11,722 nucleotides of DNA from Archangiaceae bacterium (GCA_043750125.1 JAYVCD010000278.1:1-11722); one strand, 5' to 3'; counted from the first letter of the stretch, positions 1 to 8,091 are shown. Notes: generated by a model from the letters alone, not told the origin. Numbers and translations are program-made.

Positions 1-814
1 TGCGGATCTTCTCTTTGAGCTCGACCAGGGTGGGGGTGCCCAGCTTGTCGGCCAGCGCATCGTCGAGCGGAGGGACCTTCTTTTCTTTCAGCTCCTTCAG
101 GGTGACGGTGAAGGTCGCGGTCTTGCCTTTGACTTCTTCGACCCGGTAGCTCTCGGGGAACGTGTAGTCGATCGGCTTGGTGTCACCGACCTTCATCCCT
201 TCAATCTGGGGAAGGTTTGCGTCAATCAATTCTCCGGGCGCGACCTCAACGGTGATGTCGGTGCCCTTGTTCCCCGGGAAATCTTTGCCGTCGAGGGTGG
301 CGTTGAAGTCGATCACCGCCATGTCGGTCAGCTTGGCGATGTCTCGACCTTCGACCTTCTCGAGGGTGGTGAAGTTCTGCTGCATCTTCGTCAGTTGCTC
401 GGTGACGGTTTCTTCCGCGACGACCGCGTTGAACTTCGCGAGCTTCAGACCTTTGTAGTCCTTCGCTTCGAGCACGGGTTTGACTTCGACGCGCGCGGTG
501 AAGGCGTAAGGCGCGTTGGGGTTCAAGGTACTCGAAGAGATGTGCGGCTCGGCGACGGCCTCGACCTTGTGCTCTTTGATCGCGTCGAGGAACGCCTTGG
601 CTTCGACCCGGCGAATGACGTCGGTCTCTACGTCGGCCTTGAACTTCTGCTCGAGGATCCTTCGGGGAACCTTGCCCGGACGGAAGCCCGGGATCTTCAC
701 TTCGCGTGAAAGCCGACCGTACGCGTTGGTGAGCTCTTGCGCGATGAGAGGCGCATCGACCTCGATGGAGAGCCTGCGTTCGATGGGAGAGACTTCCTCG
801 ACCTTGACCTTCAT
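1..814 (-). CDS. tig: Trigger factor (5' part; runs off the window start)
   Basis: Manual translation from ATG at 814: MKVKVEEVSPIERRLSIEVD...VKIPGFRPGKVP (GFRxGKxP ribosome-binding signature), then FKBP-like AVIDFNATLDGKDF...YTFPESY...KGKTATFTVTLKELKEK. GAGGA SD upstream. Absent from the ORF track because there is no stop in the window. Confidence 0.97.
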   Translation of the reverse strand, partial: MKVKVEEVSPIERRLSIEVDAPLIAQELTNAYGRLSREVKIPGFRPGKVPRRILEQKFKADVETDVIRRVEAKAFLDAIKEHKVEAVAEPHISSSTLNPNAPYAFTARVEVKPVLEAKDYKGLKLAKFNAVVAEETVTEQLTKMQQNFTTLEKVEGRDIAKLTDMAVIDFNATLDGKDFPGNKGTDITVEVAPGELIDANLPQIEGMKVGDTKPIDYTFPESYRVEEVKGKTATFTVTLKELKEKKVPPLDDALADKLGTPTLVELKEKIR

Positions 815-849
815 TGCTTCCTCGTTGTTGAAAAATTCTTAAGCGCGAG

Positions 850-878
850 GCTTTAGGCAATGCAGTTTGACGGGTCAA
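850..878 (-). promoter_or_regulatory. Putative sigma70-type promoter of tig
   Basis: Minus strand TTGACC-17 nt-TAAAGC followed by GC-rich CTCGCGC; same layout as the candidate tRNA promoters in this window. Confidence 0.45.
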
Positions 879-915
879 CGTTTGAACGGCACCGCCTGAA
901 CGGGCAGGAAGTCGC

Positions 916-1335
916 TCAGTCGCACTCGCCGGTCGGGGGACGGAAAAAGCGCGACTCAAATCGAGGGTAGACCCAGGTTCCCACCAGCATCCCCACCAGC
1001 GTGAGCACGGCAGGAACCTGGCCCTGGCCAATCTGAATCAGCGCCACCGCGGGACACGCGCCGCTGATCGCCCAGCCGACGCCAAAAAGGATTCCCCCGG
1101 GGATGATGCCGTCGTGCATCGGCCGCGCAGGCAGCGCCTTTCCTCGTGCGAGCAGCCGAAATCCTACGAAAGAAAGAGCGACAGCTCCTCCAAAGACAAA
1201 GAGCAATCGCAAGTCGCGGAACGTGAGCATCCGGTGAAGCTCACCGTAATCCGCAAAGCCGATGCGGGTCAGAGCGAAGCCCAGCGCGAGGCCCCAGGCA
1301 CCCAGGGCTGCCACTTGCCGGGTGGACGCCTTCAT
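916..1335 (-). CDS. YeeE/YedE-family (DUF6691/PmpB-like) sulfur-compound transporter subunit, 139 aa
   Basis: [22 protein letters not shown]...[24 protein letters not shown]; hydrophobic, with the GxxLFGxGWxxxGxCP motif. ATG (1333-1335) overlaps the upstream TGA (ATGA). The longer start at 1833 in the ORF track overlaps the upstream gene. Confidence 0.88.
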   Translation of the reverse strand: MKASTRQVAALGAWGLALGFALTRIGFADYGELHRMLTFRDLRLLFVFGGAVALSFVGFRLLARGKALPARPMHDGIIPGGILFGVGWAISGACPAVALIQIGQGQVPAVLTLVGMLVGTWVYPRFESRFFRPPTGECD

Positions 1336-1826
1336 CCGAACACCGCCGCGACCAGAAGCGAAACGCCAATCGCCGTCCCCAGAAACGTGGCCGTCGCGAC
1401 GAGGCTGCCCGGCTGCAACCGCGAGCACCCCGACAGCCCGTGACCCGACGTACAGCCGCCCGACATCCTCGTCCCGAACCCAACCAGGGTTCCACCGACG
1501 AGCAACACCGCGAAGCTCAACCCACCGGTGCCCCACAGACGACTGAAGGTGTCGCCCAGGGTGACTCGAAGCGACCAGCCGCCGCTGGACAGTTGTCCCA
1601 ACAGCCCTCCGACGATCAGCATCAAGACGAAGGCGAGCTGGGCTTTGAACGACAAAGCGATCGGTGCCCCAGCCGCGTCGGGCCCGTCGATCTGCTCGCG
1701 CGGAGCCACCAGGCGTCCGAGCATTCCCGAAACGCCCATCAGCTTCCCGCTGGAAACGAAGAATCCGAGCCCCACGCCCGAAAGAGCGATCGCTCCCAGC
1801 CACCAGGACCACGGCGCCTGATTCAT
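1332..1826 (-). CDS. YeeE/YedE-family (PmpA-like) sulfur-compound transporter subunit, 164 aa
   Basis: [11 protein letters not shown]...GKLMGVSG...[38 protein letters not shown]; the GGCTSGHG motif is typical of this family. ATGA overlap with the upstream small ORF. Confidence 0.92.
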   Translation of the reverse strand: MNQAPWSWWLGAIALSGVGLGFFVSSGKLMGVSGMLGRLVAPREQIDGPDAAGAPIALSFKAQLAFVLMLIVGGLLGQLSSGGWSLRVTLGDTFSRLWGTGGLSFAVLLVGGTLVGFGTRMSGGCTSGHGLSGCSRLQPGSLVATATFLGTAIGVSLLVAAVFG

Positions 1827-2014
1827 GGTCCACCCGCCAGGGTCTTTCCGTTGGGAAGGAGGTTCAGGGGTACGCGGGCACCCACCGACGAGAGCTTGAA
1901 CCGCTCGCACTTCTCGTGGTCGCCCTCGCAGCAGGTGATCTTCCAGATGTTCAACAGCGCCTTCAACTTGAACACTGGGTACAGCGGGCACGAGGGCATA
2001 TGGGGGCACGACAT
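1823..2014 (-). CDS. Small Cys-rich hypothetical protein, 63 aa
   Basis: [15 protein letters not shown]...[17 protein letters not shown]...VPLNLLPNG; 5 Cys. Its TGA overlaps the ATG of the YeeE/YedE gene. Confidence 0.75.
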   Translation of the reverse strand: MSCPHMPSCPLYPVFKLKALLNIWKITCCEGDHEKCERFKLSSVGARVPLNLLPNGKTLAGGP

Positions 2015-2130
2015 CGGCCGAAGATAAGTCAGAGGGCACTGATCCGACAGTTGCAGACCTACACCTGTTGGGAGACCTGCAACACGACCTCACGCCTCAC
2101 AGCGCAGCGGGCAGGTGTAGGGTGCGCCCC

Positions 2131-2766
2131 ATGAAAATCCTCGTCATTGGCGCCTCGCAGGGCACCGGCGCTCTGTGCGTCAAGGCAGCGCTCGCGAAGG
2201 GTCACTTAGTGAGCGCGTTCTCGCGCACACCCTCGAAGCTCGACCTCACCCACCCTGCGCTGACGAAGGTCGCGGGCGACTTCCACGACGCAGCCTCGGT
2301 GGGCCGCGCGGTCGAAGGTCAGGACGCCGTGATCATCTGCGCGTCGCCGAGCTCACTGGGCGCGATCAAAGAGAAGCCCGACTATTTCTCGCGCGGAACC
2401 AGGTACTGCCTCGACGCGATGAAGGAACGCGGGGTGAAGCGCCTGGTGATCCTCAGCGCCCACGGAGTCGGAGCCAGCAAGCCCGCGGCGAGCTGGTTTC
2501 AGAGGACCTTGCTCATCGGCGGTCTGTTGAAGGGCTTCTTCCTTGATCACGAGGTTCAAGAGCGCATCACCCAGGAGAGCGGCCTCGACTTCGTCATCGC
2601 GCGACCGACGCGGCTCACCAACGGCAAGGCAAACGGGAAGTACGTCCGGACCGCAGAGTTGACCCGGGTGCCCGCGTCGATTTCGCGCGCCGACGTAGCC
2701 GACTTCCTGGTCGAGGCGTGCGAGTCGTCCACCTGGGTCGGCAAGGGCGTGCAGCTCGGCGGGTGA
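2131..2766 (+). CDS. NAD(P)H-binding protein (atypical SDR, flavin reductase/biliverdin reductase B-like), 211 aa
   Basis: MKILVIGASQGTG (Rossmann GxxxxxG), GQDAVI, GVKRLVILSAHG, SGLDFVIARPTRLT and ISRADVADFL. ATG at 2131 fits the fold start better than the 2068 start. Confidence 0.92.
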   Translation: MKILVIGASQGTGALCVKAALAKGHLVSAFSRTPSKLDLTHPALTKVAGDFHDAASVGRAVEGQDAVIICASPSSLGAIKEKPDYFSRGTRYCLDAMKERGVKRLVILSAHGVGASKPAASWFQRTLLIGGLLKGFFLDHEVQERITQESGLDFVIARPTRLTNGKANGKYVRTAELTRVPASISRADVADFLVEACESSTWVGKGVQLGG

Positions 2767-2791
2767 TCGTCTTCGCGCGCGGTTGCTGAAG

Positions 2792-2873
2792 TGGGCAGGA
2801 AGGGAGTCGAACCCTTACGTCTTTCGACACGAGATCCTAAGTCTCGCGCGTCTGCCAGTTTCGCCACCTGCCC
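2792..2873 (-). tRNA. tRNA-Leu (anticodon UAG)
   Basis: Acceptor GGGCAGG/CCTGCCC+A, anticodon arm CGAGA-CTTAGGA-TCTCG, long variable arm, T-loop TTCGACT. No encoded CCA. Confidence 0.96.
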
Positions 2874-2954
2874 CTGGGGCGACATTAGGCTTGGGGCACA
2901 AACGCCACCGCAGATTATTTTTTTCCGAGTTTTCAACCTTCAGAAAGGTGCCCC

Positions 2955-4034
2955 ATGAATCCGCCCAGCAATTGCAGCCCGACCGAAGTTCCAGCGACGG
3001 GGCCTTTCCACCTTGCGAGATCGGCAGCCACCGGGGGTTGAGGCGCCAAGCTCAGCCCGGGACGGCTGAGAGACATTCTGGCGGGGTTGCCGCGCAACAC
3101 GGATCCCAACCTCGTGGTGGGCACCGAGCATCCGGACGACGCGGCCGTCTTCCGGATGCCGGGGGGCGATCTGCTGGTGCAGACGGTGGATCTCATTTCC
3201 CCGATCGTCGACGACCCGGCCACCTTCGGAAAGATCGCGGCGGCAAACTCGATTTCAGACGTCTATGCGATGGGCGGAAGGCCTTTGACCGCGATGAACA
3301 TCGTCTGCTTCCCCACCAAAGAGCTGCCGTTGAGCGTGCTGCGTGAAGTCATCGACGGCGCGATGCTCGTCCTGGCCGAAGCCAGGTGTCTGCTGGTCGG
3401 AGGCCACACCGTCACTGATCCGGAATTCAAATTTGGGCTTTCGGTTTCCGGCGTCATCGAGGGTGGAGACATCTGGAGCATCGATCACGCCCGGGTCGGC
3501 GATGTCCTGATCCTCACCAAGCCCCTGGGCACCGGAGTGGTGAATCAGGCCCTGCGAAAGGGCAAGGTGAACGAGCATTCGATTGCGCACCAGCAGGCCG
3601 TGGCATCGATGATTTGTCTCAACGCCGCCGGGGCGCGCGCGGGCCGCATCGCCCACGCCAACGCAGCCACCGACATCACCGGGTTCGGGTTGCTGGGCCA
3701 CTGCGCCCAATTCGCACGGGCCTCTGGGGTCAGCTTCGAAATGCACCGGCAGTCGATCTTCTTCTTCGAGGGAATTCGGGACCTCGTCGAGTCGGGCATC
3801 ATTCCCGGGCGCGCGAAGGACAACGCGGACGCCTACAGGGCGATGGTCGCCGGGGTGGATTCCGAAGTGGAAGCGGCGCTGCTGTTCGACCCCCAGACCT
3901 CGGGTGGGCTGCTGCTTTCCGTGCCGGAAAAAAACGTTCAGCTGTTTTTCGACGCGCTCGAGGGCTGGACGCCAGGAGCGAAAGCGGTGGGCCGGGTCAT
4001 TCCCCGCGGGCCGCACGAAATCGTCGTTTGCTGA
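2955..4034 (+). CDS. selD: Selenide, water dikinase (selenophosphate synthetase) with selenocysteine at codon 29, 359 aa
   Basis: SD AGAAAGGTG, ATG at 2955, ...AATGG-TGA(3039-3041)-GAKLSPGRL... in frame with DDAAV, QTVD, PIVDDP, AANSISDVYAMGG, GGHT, LTKPLGTG, TDITGFGLLGH and DPQTSGGLL. The UGA sits at the Cys/Sec-x-x-Lys catalytic motif. Confidence 0.95.
3051..3070 (+). promoter_or_regulatory. Candidate bacterial SECIS hairpin
   Basis: CTCAGCC-CGGGAC-GGCTGAG: perfect 7-bp stem. The loop starts 16 nt after the UGA and has G at its second position. Confidence 0.75.
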
Positions 4035-4039
4035 TTCGC

Positions 4040-6499
4040 CTACTCGACTTTTTGACCGGGCTTCAGTCGTTGGTGGCCCTCGACCACGACGCGATCTCCG
4101 ACCTTCAGACCCTTGGTGACTTCCACCATGTTCGGTCCGACGGCCTGCACGGTGACCGGCACCGGGTCGGCCGTCCCATTCCTTGCGACCAGCCAAACCA
4201 GACCGCTGTCGAGCGCCGAGCGGGGAAGCATGATGCGCGAAGCGGCTGAGGCGTCGCTCTGGAACGTCGCTTTCACGCTCAAGCCCGGGCGCAGCAGGTC
4301 CGCGGGGTGCTTCAAATCGACTTTCACCATGACCGTGCCGCGGGCCTTATCGACCTGCTGCGAGATTTCTCGAACCGTCCCATCGAAGATTTTTCCCGGC
4401 ACGGCTTCGCTCTGAACCTGGACCACCTGTCCCATCTGAGCCATCGGGGCGTCGGCTTCATTTACGTCCAATTCGGCGACCAGGATCGTCAGGTCGGCCA
4501 CCTTGATCAGCGGCCGTGAGTCGCCAAAGGTGATCACCTCGCCGGGGTGAACCGAAACCTCGATGATCGTCCCGTCGATCGGAGAGCGAACTTTCGTCTG
4601 CTGCAACCGCTGTTCGATAAGCGACGTCTCGGCGGTGGCAATCTCGGCCTGCCCGATTGCGTTGTCCAGGTCGGCCTGGGTCGCCGCTTCGGCGTTGAAC
4701 AGCTGCTTGGTGCGGGCTCGATTGCGCTGGGCGGCGCGAAGCCTTGCGCGGGACAGATCGAGTTCGGCAATGGCTTGGGAATCCTCGAGCATGATCAGCA
4801 CCTGATTCCGGGTCACTTTCGCGCCGTTGGCAACCCGCACTTCCTTGATCCTCCCGGCCGTCGTGGCGCCGATCAGGATCATGTTGGGCGCGGACAAGAA
4901 TCCCGCGGCGACCAACGCCTGGCCATTGCGCGCATCAGCTCGAACCGCCTCGATCCGCAGGGCCGAAGGTTGGTCGGGCCGTGCCTCGACGGTTCCTTCC
5001 GGCCGCTTGACGAAAAACAGCGCGGCACCTGCGACGACGACGACCGCCAGCACCACCAGCCAGGGCAGTCGCGAGCCGCTTTTTTCCGGGTCCTCTTTGG
5101 ACAGTGAGAGGGACTCGAGCGCGCGAATCCGATCTGAGTCCGCGTCGCTGTGGCCCACGACCGGCAGGCTGGAAGGGGTGGAGCCTCGAGGCGGCCTGGG
5201 CTTGGCGGCCCGGGGAGCTGAAGAGGCGCGAGAAGGTTCCGGCTCGGGCACGGGGTTGCGCACACCGGGGAGCTCGTAATTCACCTGGGTGCGCTCCTCG
5301 GGAGAGGACTCATCCAGGTCCGGGTCATAGCCGGGGACGTCTTCCACTGCGCCGCGGGCCCGGGCCGGTAGGGCCGATAAGACCGACGAGACGGCTCGAG
5401 CCGGCGGGGGGGTAGGAACCGGAGGAAAAGTTCGGCCCGGCGGCGGAGTGGGAACCGGAGGAAGGGTCCGAGCCGGTGGGGGTGTCGGTGGAGGGTGGGT
5501 CTGGGCCTCGGGCGGCGAAGGGGCGGGAGGGACCGCTCGGTTTGGGGTGGCCGCCTGGACTCCCGTCACGCTTCGGGCAGCTGGAGCCGATGGAACCGGA
5601 GCTACGGGCCGGGCCGGTGCGGCCGCCTGGACCCCAGTGACGGTGCGTTCGGGCGGGGACCCTGTGGGGGCTGGGACCGCAGCGACGGCTCGGGCGGAAA
5701 CAGCCGCCTGGACCCCGGTGACGGTTCGGCCCGGTGGGGCCCACGAAGGCGAAGGGACCGGAGGGACACTGCGGGCCGATGCGGCCGCCTGGACCCCCGT
5801 GACGGTCCGGGCCGGTGGGGCGGAGGGCACGGGAGGAACAGCTCGAGGCGATGGCGCCGAGGGGACCGCAAGGAGGCTTCGACTCGATGGCGCCGATGGA
5901 GCGGGAGGGACGATTCGAGCCGACGCCGCTGAGGGAACCGCGGGGAGGCTTCGACCCGATGGCGCCGATGGAACGGGAACGGGGCTTCGAGCCGATGGCG
6001 CCGAAGGATCTGGAGGCAGCGGCCGAACCGAAGGGTCCGATAGGTCTGGAGGGGCGGGTCGGGCCGATGGGAGCGATCGGGCCGCCGAGGGGGCCGAGGG
6101 CACAGCAGACGCGGCCCGGGGCGCAGAGACGGCGGGGACCGGGGTCAGATCGTCTCGAGAAATCGTGGGCTGGTGAGCGACGGTGAGCTCGGGACCGAAG
6201 GGGTTGGCGTCCGCGACGGGCTCGAACGCCCCGAGGCTCGTCAACTTGCGCAGCACCTCTTCGACCATCTGAGTGCTTACCGGGGCTCCGTAATTCTGCG
6301 CAACTTCGAACAGCTCGGGGAACGTGCGGGTGCCATCGCAGGCGTGGGCCACCAGGGCGTCGAGCTTGCGCAAAGTGTGTTTGCGACCGCTCTTCAGGTC
6401 GGTCAGCCAGAACACAGTCGGATCGTTGGTTTTTTCGAGCTTGGTCCCAGCGGAGAGCCGCGGGCGCTCAACGGCCGGGGATGCACTCATTTCTTGCAT
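4040..6499 (-). CDS. Efflux periplasmic adaptor (membrane fusion protein) with N-terminal PqqD/RRE-like domain and Pro-rich repeat linker, 819 aa
   Basis: C-terminal ~320 aa: GRIKEVRVANGAKVTRNQVL, helical hairpin, VRSPIDGTI...PGE, LRPGLSV, GLKVGDRVVVEG. One TM segment at ~aa 478-497. N-terminal ~90 aa: RPRL...LTDLKSGRKHTL...CDGTRTFPEL...VEEVLRKLTSLGAFE. Start may be at 6490 instead. Confidence 0.9.
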   Translation of the reverse strand: MQEMSASPAVERPRLSAGTKLEKTNDPTVFWLTDLKSGRKHTLRKLDALVAHACDGTRTFPELFEVAQNYGAPVSTQMVEEVLRKLTSLGAFEPVADANPFGPELTVAHQPTISRDDLTPVPAVSAPRAASAVPSAPSAARSLPSARPAPPDLSDPSVRPLPPDPSAPSARSPVPVPSAPSGRSLPAVPSAASARIVPPAPSAPSSRSLLAVPSAPSPRAVPPVPSAPPARTVTGVQAAASARSVPPVPSPSWAPPGRTVTGVQAAVSARAVAAVPAPTGSPPERTVTGVQAAAPARPVAPVPSAPAARSVTGVQAATPNRAVPPAPSPPEAQTHPPPTPPPARTLPPVPTPPPGRTFPPVPTPPPARAVSSVLSALPARARGAVEDVPGYDPDLDESSPEERTQVNYELPGVRNPVPEPEPSRASSAPRAAKPRPPRGSTPSSLPVVGHSDADSDRIRALESLSLSKEDPEKSGSRLPWLVVLAVVVVAGAALFFVKRPEGTVEARPDQPSALRIEAVRADARNGQALVAAGFLSAPNMILIGATTAGRIKEVRVANGAKVTRNQVLIMLEDSQAIAELDLSRARLRAAQRNRARTKQLFNAEAATQADLDNAIGQAEIATAETSLIEQRLQQTKVRSPIDGTIIEVSVHPGEVITFGDSRPLIKVADLTILVAELDVNEADAPMAQMGQVVQVQSEAVPGKIFDGTVREISQQVDKARGTVMVKVDLKHPADLLRPGLSVKATFQSDASAASRIMLPRSALDSGLVWLVARNGTADPVPVTVQAVGPNMVEVTKGLKVGDRVVVEGHQRLKPGQKVE
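5385..6100 (-). repeat. Degenerate 36-nt (12-aa) coding tandem repeat in the MFP linker
   Basis: CGATGGCGCCGA-like units at 5849, 5885, 5921, 5957 and 5993 (36-nt period). GCCGCCTGGAC units at 5550, 5622, 5703 and 5784 (72/81/81 nt). Protein units PSAPSARSPVPV, R(T/S)VTGVQAA x4 and PTPPP(A/G)R x3. Boundaries approximate. Confidence 0.85.
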
Positions 6500-6504
6500 C
6501 GAGC

Positions 6505-7782
6505 TTATAGCTGAAGAGTCCCAATCGCGAAGAGCAGGCGATACGCCGCCAGCTCGCGATCAAAGTTCGAGATGAGCAACAGATTCTCGGCATTGGTAAG
6601 GGCAGACTGGGCCGTCGCAACCTCGAGAAAAGTCACCGTGCGAAGTTTGAACTGGGTAGTGACCAGCGCATAGTTTTCCTGCGCATCTTTGATCTGCAGC
6701 TCGGCCAGAGCGAACGAGCGCTTCGCAGTTTCCAGCTCGCTCAGGGCGCTGCGCAGTTGCTCGGCAATCTGCTTGACCAGCTGATGGGTCCGCAGCAGGG
6801 CCACCTCGGCGATCACCCGCTGCGCCTCGACTCGAAAGAACTCGTCTCCTCCCTGGAACAGCGGAAGCGTGAGCTGGGCGATTCCCTGGACCGTCAGCGG
6901 AAGCCCCTCGGAACTGGGTGGAATGGGGGGATTGCGGGGGTAGGCCTGGTCGTACCTGAAAAGCAGGTCCAGCCGGGGCCAGCGCAGACCTCCCAGCGAT
7001 TGCTCGAGGGCACGAGCGGCCGACGCCTGCTGTTGCAGCGCGCGCAGATCCTTTCGTTCTAAAGACGATGCGACCGCCTCGGCCAGACCGGGGAGCGCGG
7101 GCGTGACCGGCAGCGAAAGAGTCGCGGGCGGGCCGATGCCGACCAGACGCTCGAACTCGAGCTCCTGGATCTTCAGATCCTGACCGATTCGGACCCTGTC
7201 CACCTGGGCCTGACGAAAGCTGATCGTCGCCTGCAGCTGCGCGGTCCTCAAGGCGCCGCCGGCCTGGACGCGGGCGGTTGCGCTCGACACTTGCGCCTCG
7301 GCGCGCTGAACGGCGGCGTCTGCCACCAGGACCGCCTGTCTGCTGCGCAGCACCGCCACAAAGGCAGTGGTGACATCGAGCATCACCTGCTGGCGGGCGC
7401 GTTCGAGGAACAAGGTGGCCGCTTCGACTCCGAAGTGGGCCGCTTCCCGGCTGGCGAAGAAGCCCCTGCGGAAAATGGGCTGAAGCACTCTGCCTTCGGC
7501 CTGCAGCTGGGGCGACTGCACGAAGGGCGCCCGGTTCTGGACCAGGCCAAAACCCGTAATCGAAGCCTGGGGCGCGATCGCAACCCAGGTGGCGCGTCGG
7601 GTCACCTCGGCCTGCTCGATGTTCTGCTGAGCGATGCCGGTGTCTTCACTGCGATCGAGCGCCCGCTGGTAGGCGTCCTGGAGCGTGATCGCGGTGAGGG
7701 GGCCTTCGGCCTGGGCTGGTGCCGACCCGACGGCCGTCCAGAGCACCGCTGATGACAGGACAAGCTTCGCTTTGAAACGCAC
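6505..7782 (-). CDS. TolC-family outer membrane efflux protein, ~425 aa
   Basis: Signal-peptide-like start (GTG 7782) RFKAKLVLSSAVLWTAVGSAPAQA, then ITLQDAYQRAL, WPRLDL, LTLPLFQGG, AQENYALVTTQF...TFLEVATAQSAL and LLFAIG. Stop lies 5 nt before the MFP start. Start codon inferred. Confidence 0.9.
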   Translation of the reverse strand: MRFKAKLVLSSAVLWTAVGSAPAQAEGPLTAITLQDAYQRALDRSEDTGIAQQNIEQAEVTRRATWVAIAPQASITGFGLVQNRAPFVQSPQLQAEGRVLQPIFRRGFFASREAAHFGVEAATLFLERARQQVMLDVTTAFVAVLRSRQAVLVADAAVQRAEAQVSSATARVQAGGALRTAQLQATISFRQAQVDRVRIGQDLKIQELEFERLVGIGPPATLSLPVTPALPGLAEAVASSLERKDLRALQQQASAARALEQSLGGLRWPRLDLLFRYDQAYPRNPPIPPSSEGLPLTVQGIAQLTLPLFQGGDEFFRVEAQRVIAEVALLRTHQLVKQIAEQLRSALSELETAKRSFALAELQIKDAQENYALVTTQFKLRTVTFLEVATAQSALTNAENLLLISNFDRELAAYRLLFAIGTLQL

Positions 7783-7805
7783 AATCCCCAGGAAGCTGCG
7801 GTCTC

Positions 7806-8021
7806 TCAAGCGGCCAAGTATCGCGGAGGGCGTCTGGCGGTGCCAGGATTCGTCCGCCCCGACCCCGCTGCGGACCCCACATTGCGGCACCGAAGACACA
7901 GGATCTCGCCGTCGTCGGAATAAAGGCAATCTGCTCGCGCGACGAAGGTGCCGCAGCGCGAGCACGCAGCCACTTCAGTGGCCGCAGACAACGCCATCGG
8001 TGGCTCAGCTGACACCGCCAA
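7806..8021 (-). CDS. Small Cys-rich Zn-ribbon-like hypothetical protein, ~63-71 aa
   Basis: CSRCGTFVARADCLYSDDGEILCLRC (CxxC-x8-C-x9-CxxC). SD AAGGGAG 5 nt before TTG at 8021; alternative ATG at 7997. Ends 23 nt before the inferred TolC start. Confidence 0.55.
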   Translation of the reverse strand: MAVSAEPPMALSAATEVAACSRCGTFVARADCLYSDDGEILCLRCRNVGSAAGSGRTNPGTARRPPRYLAA

Positions 8022-8061
8022 GGTCACTCCCTTGTCCTTCTCCGTCGGCCGCTTCACGAAG

Positions 8062-8091
8062 CGATTCGGTGCTGCTCGCATCACCGAATCG
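8062..8091. repeat. Perfect 10-bp inverted repeat (hairpin or operator)
   Basis: CGATTCGGTG (8062-8071) / CACCGAATCG (8082-8091), 10-nt spacer. Confidence 0.6.

Noticed and set aside
177-1031. ORF-track ORFs 177-458, 246-1031, 395-709 and 516-842
   Set aside because: Shadow or alternative frames of tig, with no recognisable motifs.
2755-2766. NAD(P)H-binding protein ending in GG-UGA (sulfur-carrier tail or Sec read-through)
   Set aside because: The Rossmann-type protein is complete at this length, it is not ubiquitin-like, and no convincing SECIS follows before the convergent tRNA.
3087-4034. SelD starting at TTG 3087, or selD as a nonsense pseudogene
   Set aside because: This start would omit the catalytic U/C-x-x-K motif. 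The UGA position and hairpin favour Sec recoding.
5550-5810. Regularly spaced ~23-nt direct repeats resembling a CRISPR array
   Set aside because: They lie in frame within a CDS, vary at third codon positions, have similar-looking spacers, and there are no cas genes.
5815-6186. Plus-strand ORF with repeated (G)F(D/E)PMAPMER units resembling a multi-core RiPP precursor
   Set aside because: It is the antisense reading of the 36-nt repeat inside the MFP gene, and no modifying enzymes are nearby.
7783-7965. N-terminal extension of TolC given by the ORF track
   Set aside because: It precedes the signal-peptide-like segment and overlaps the Cys-rich micro-ORF.
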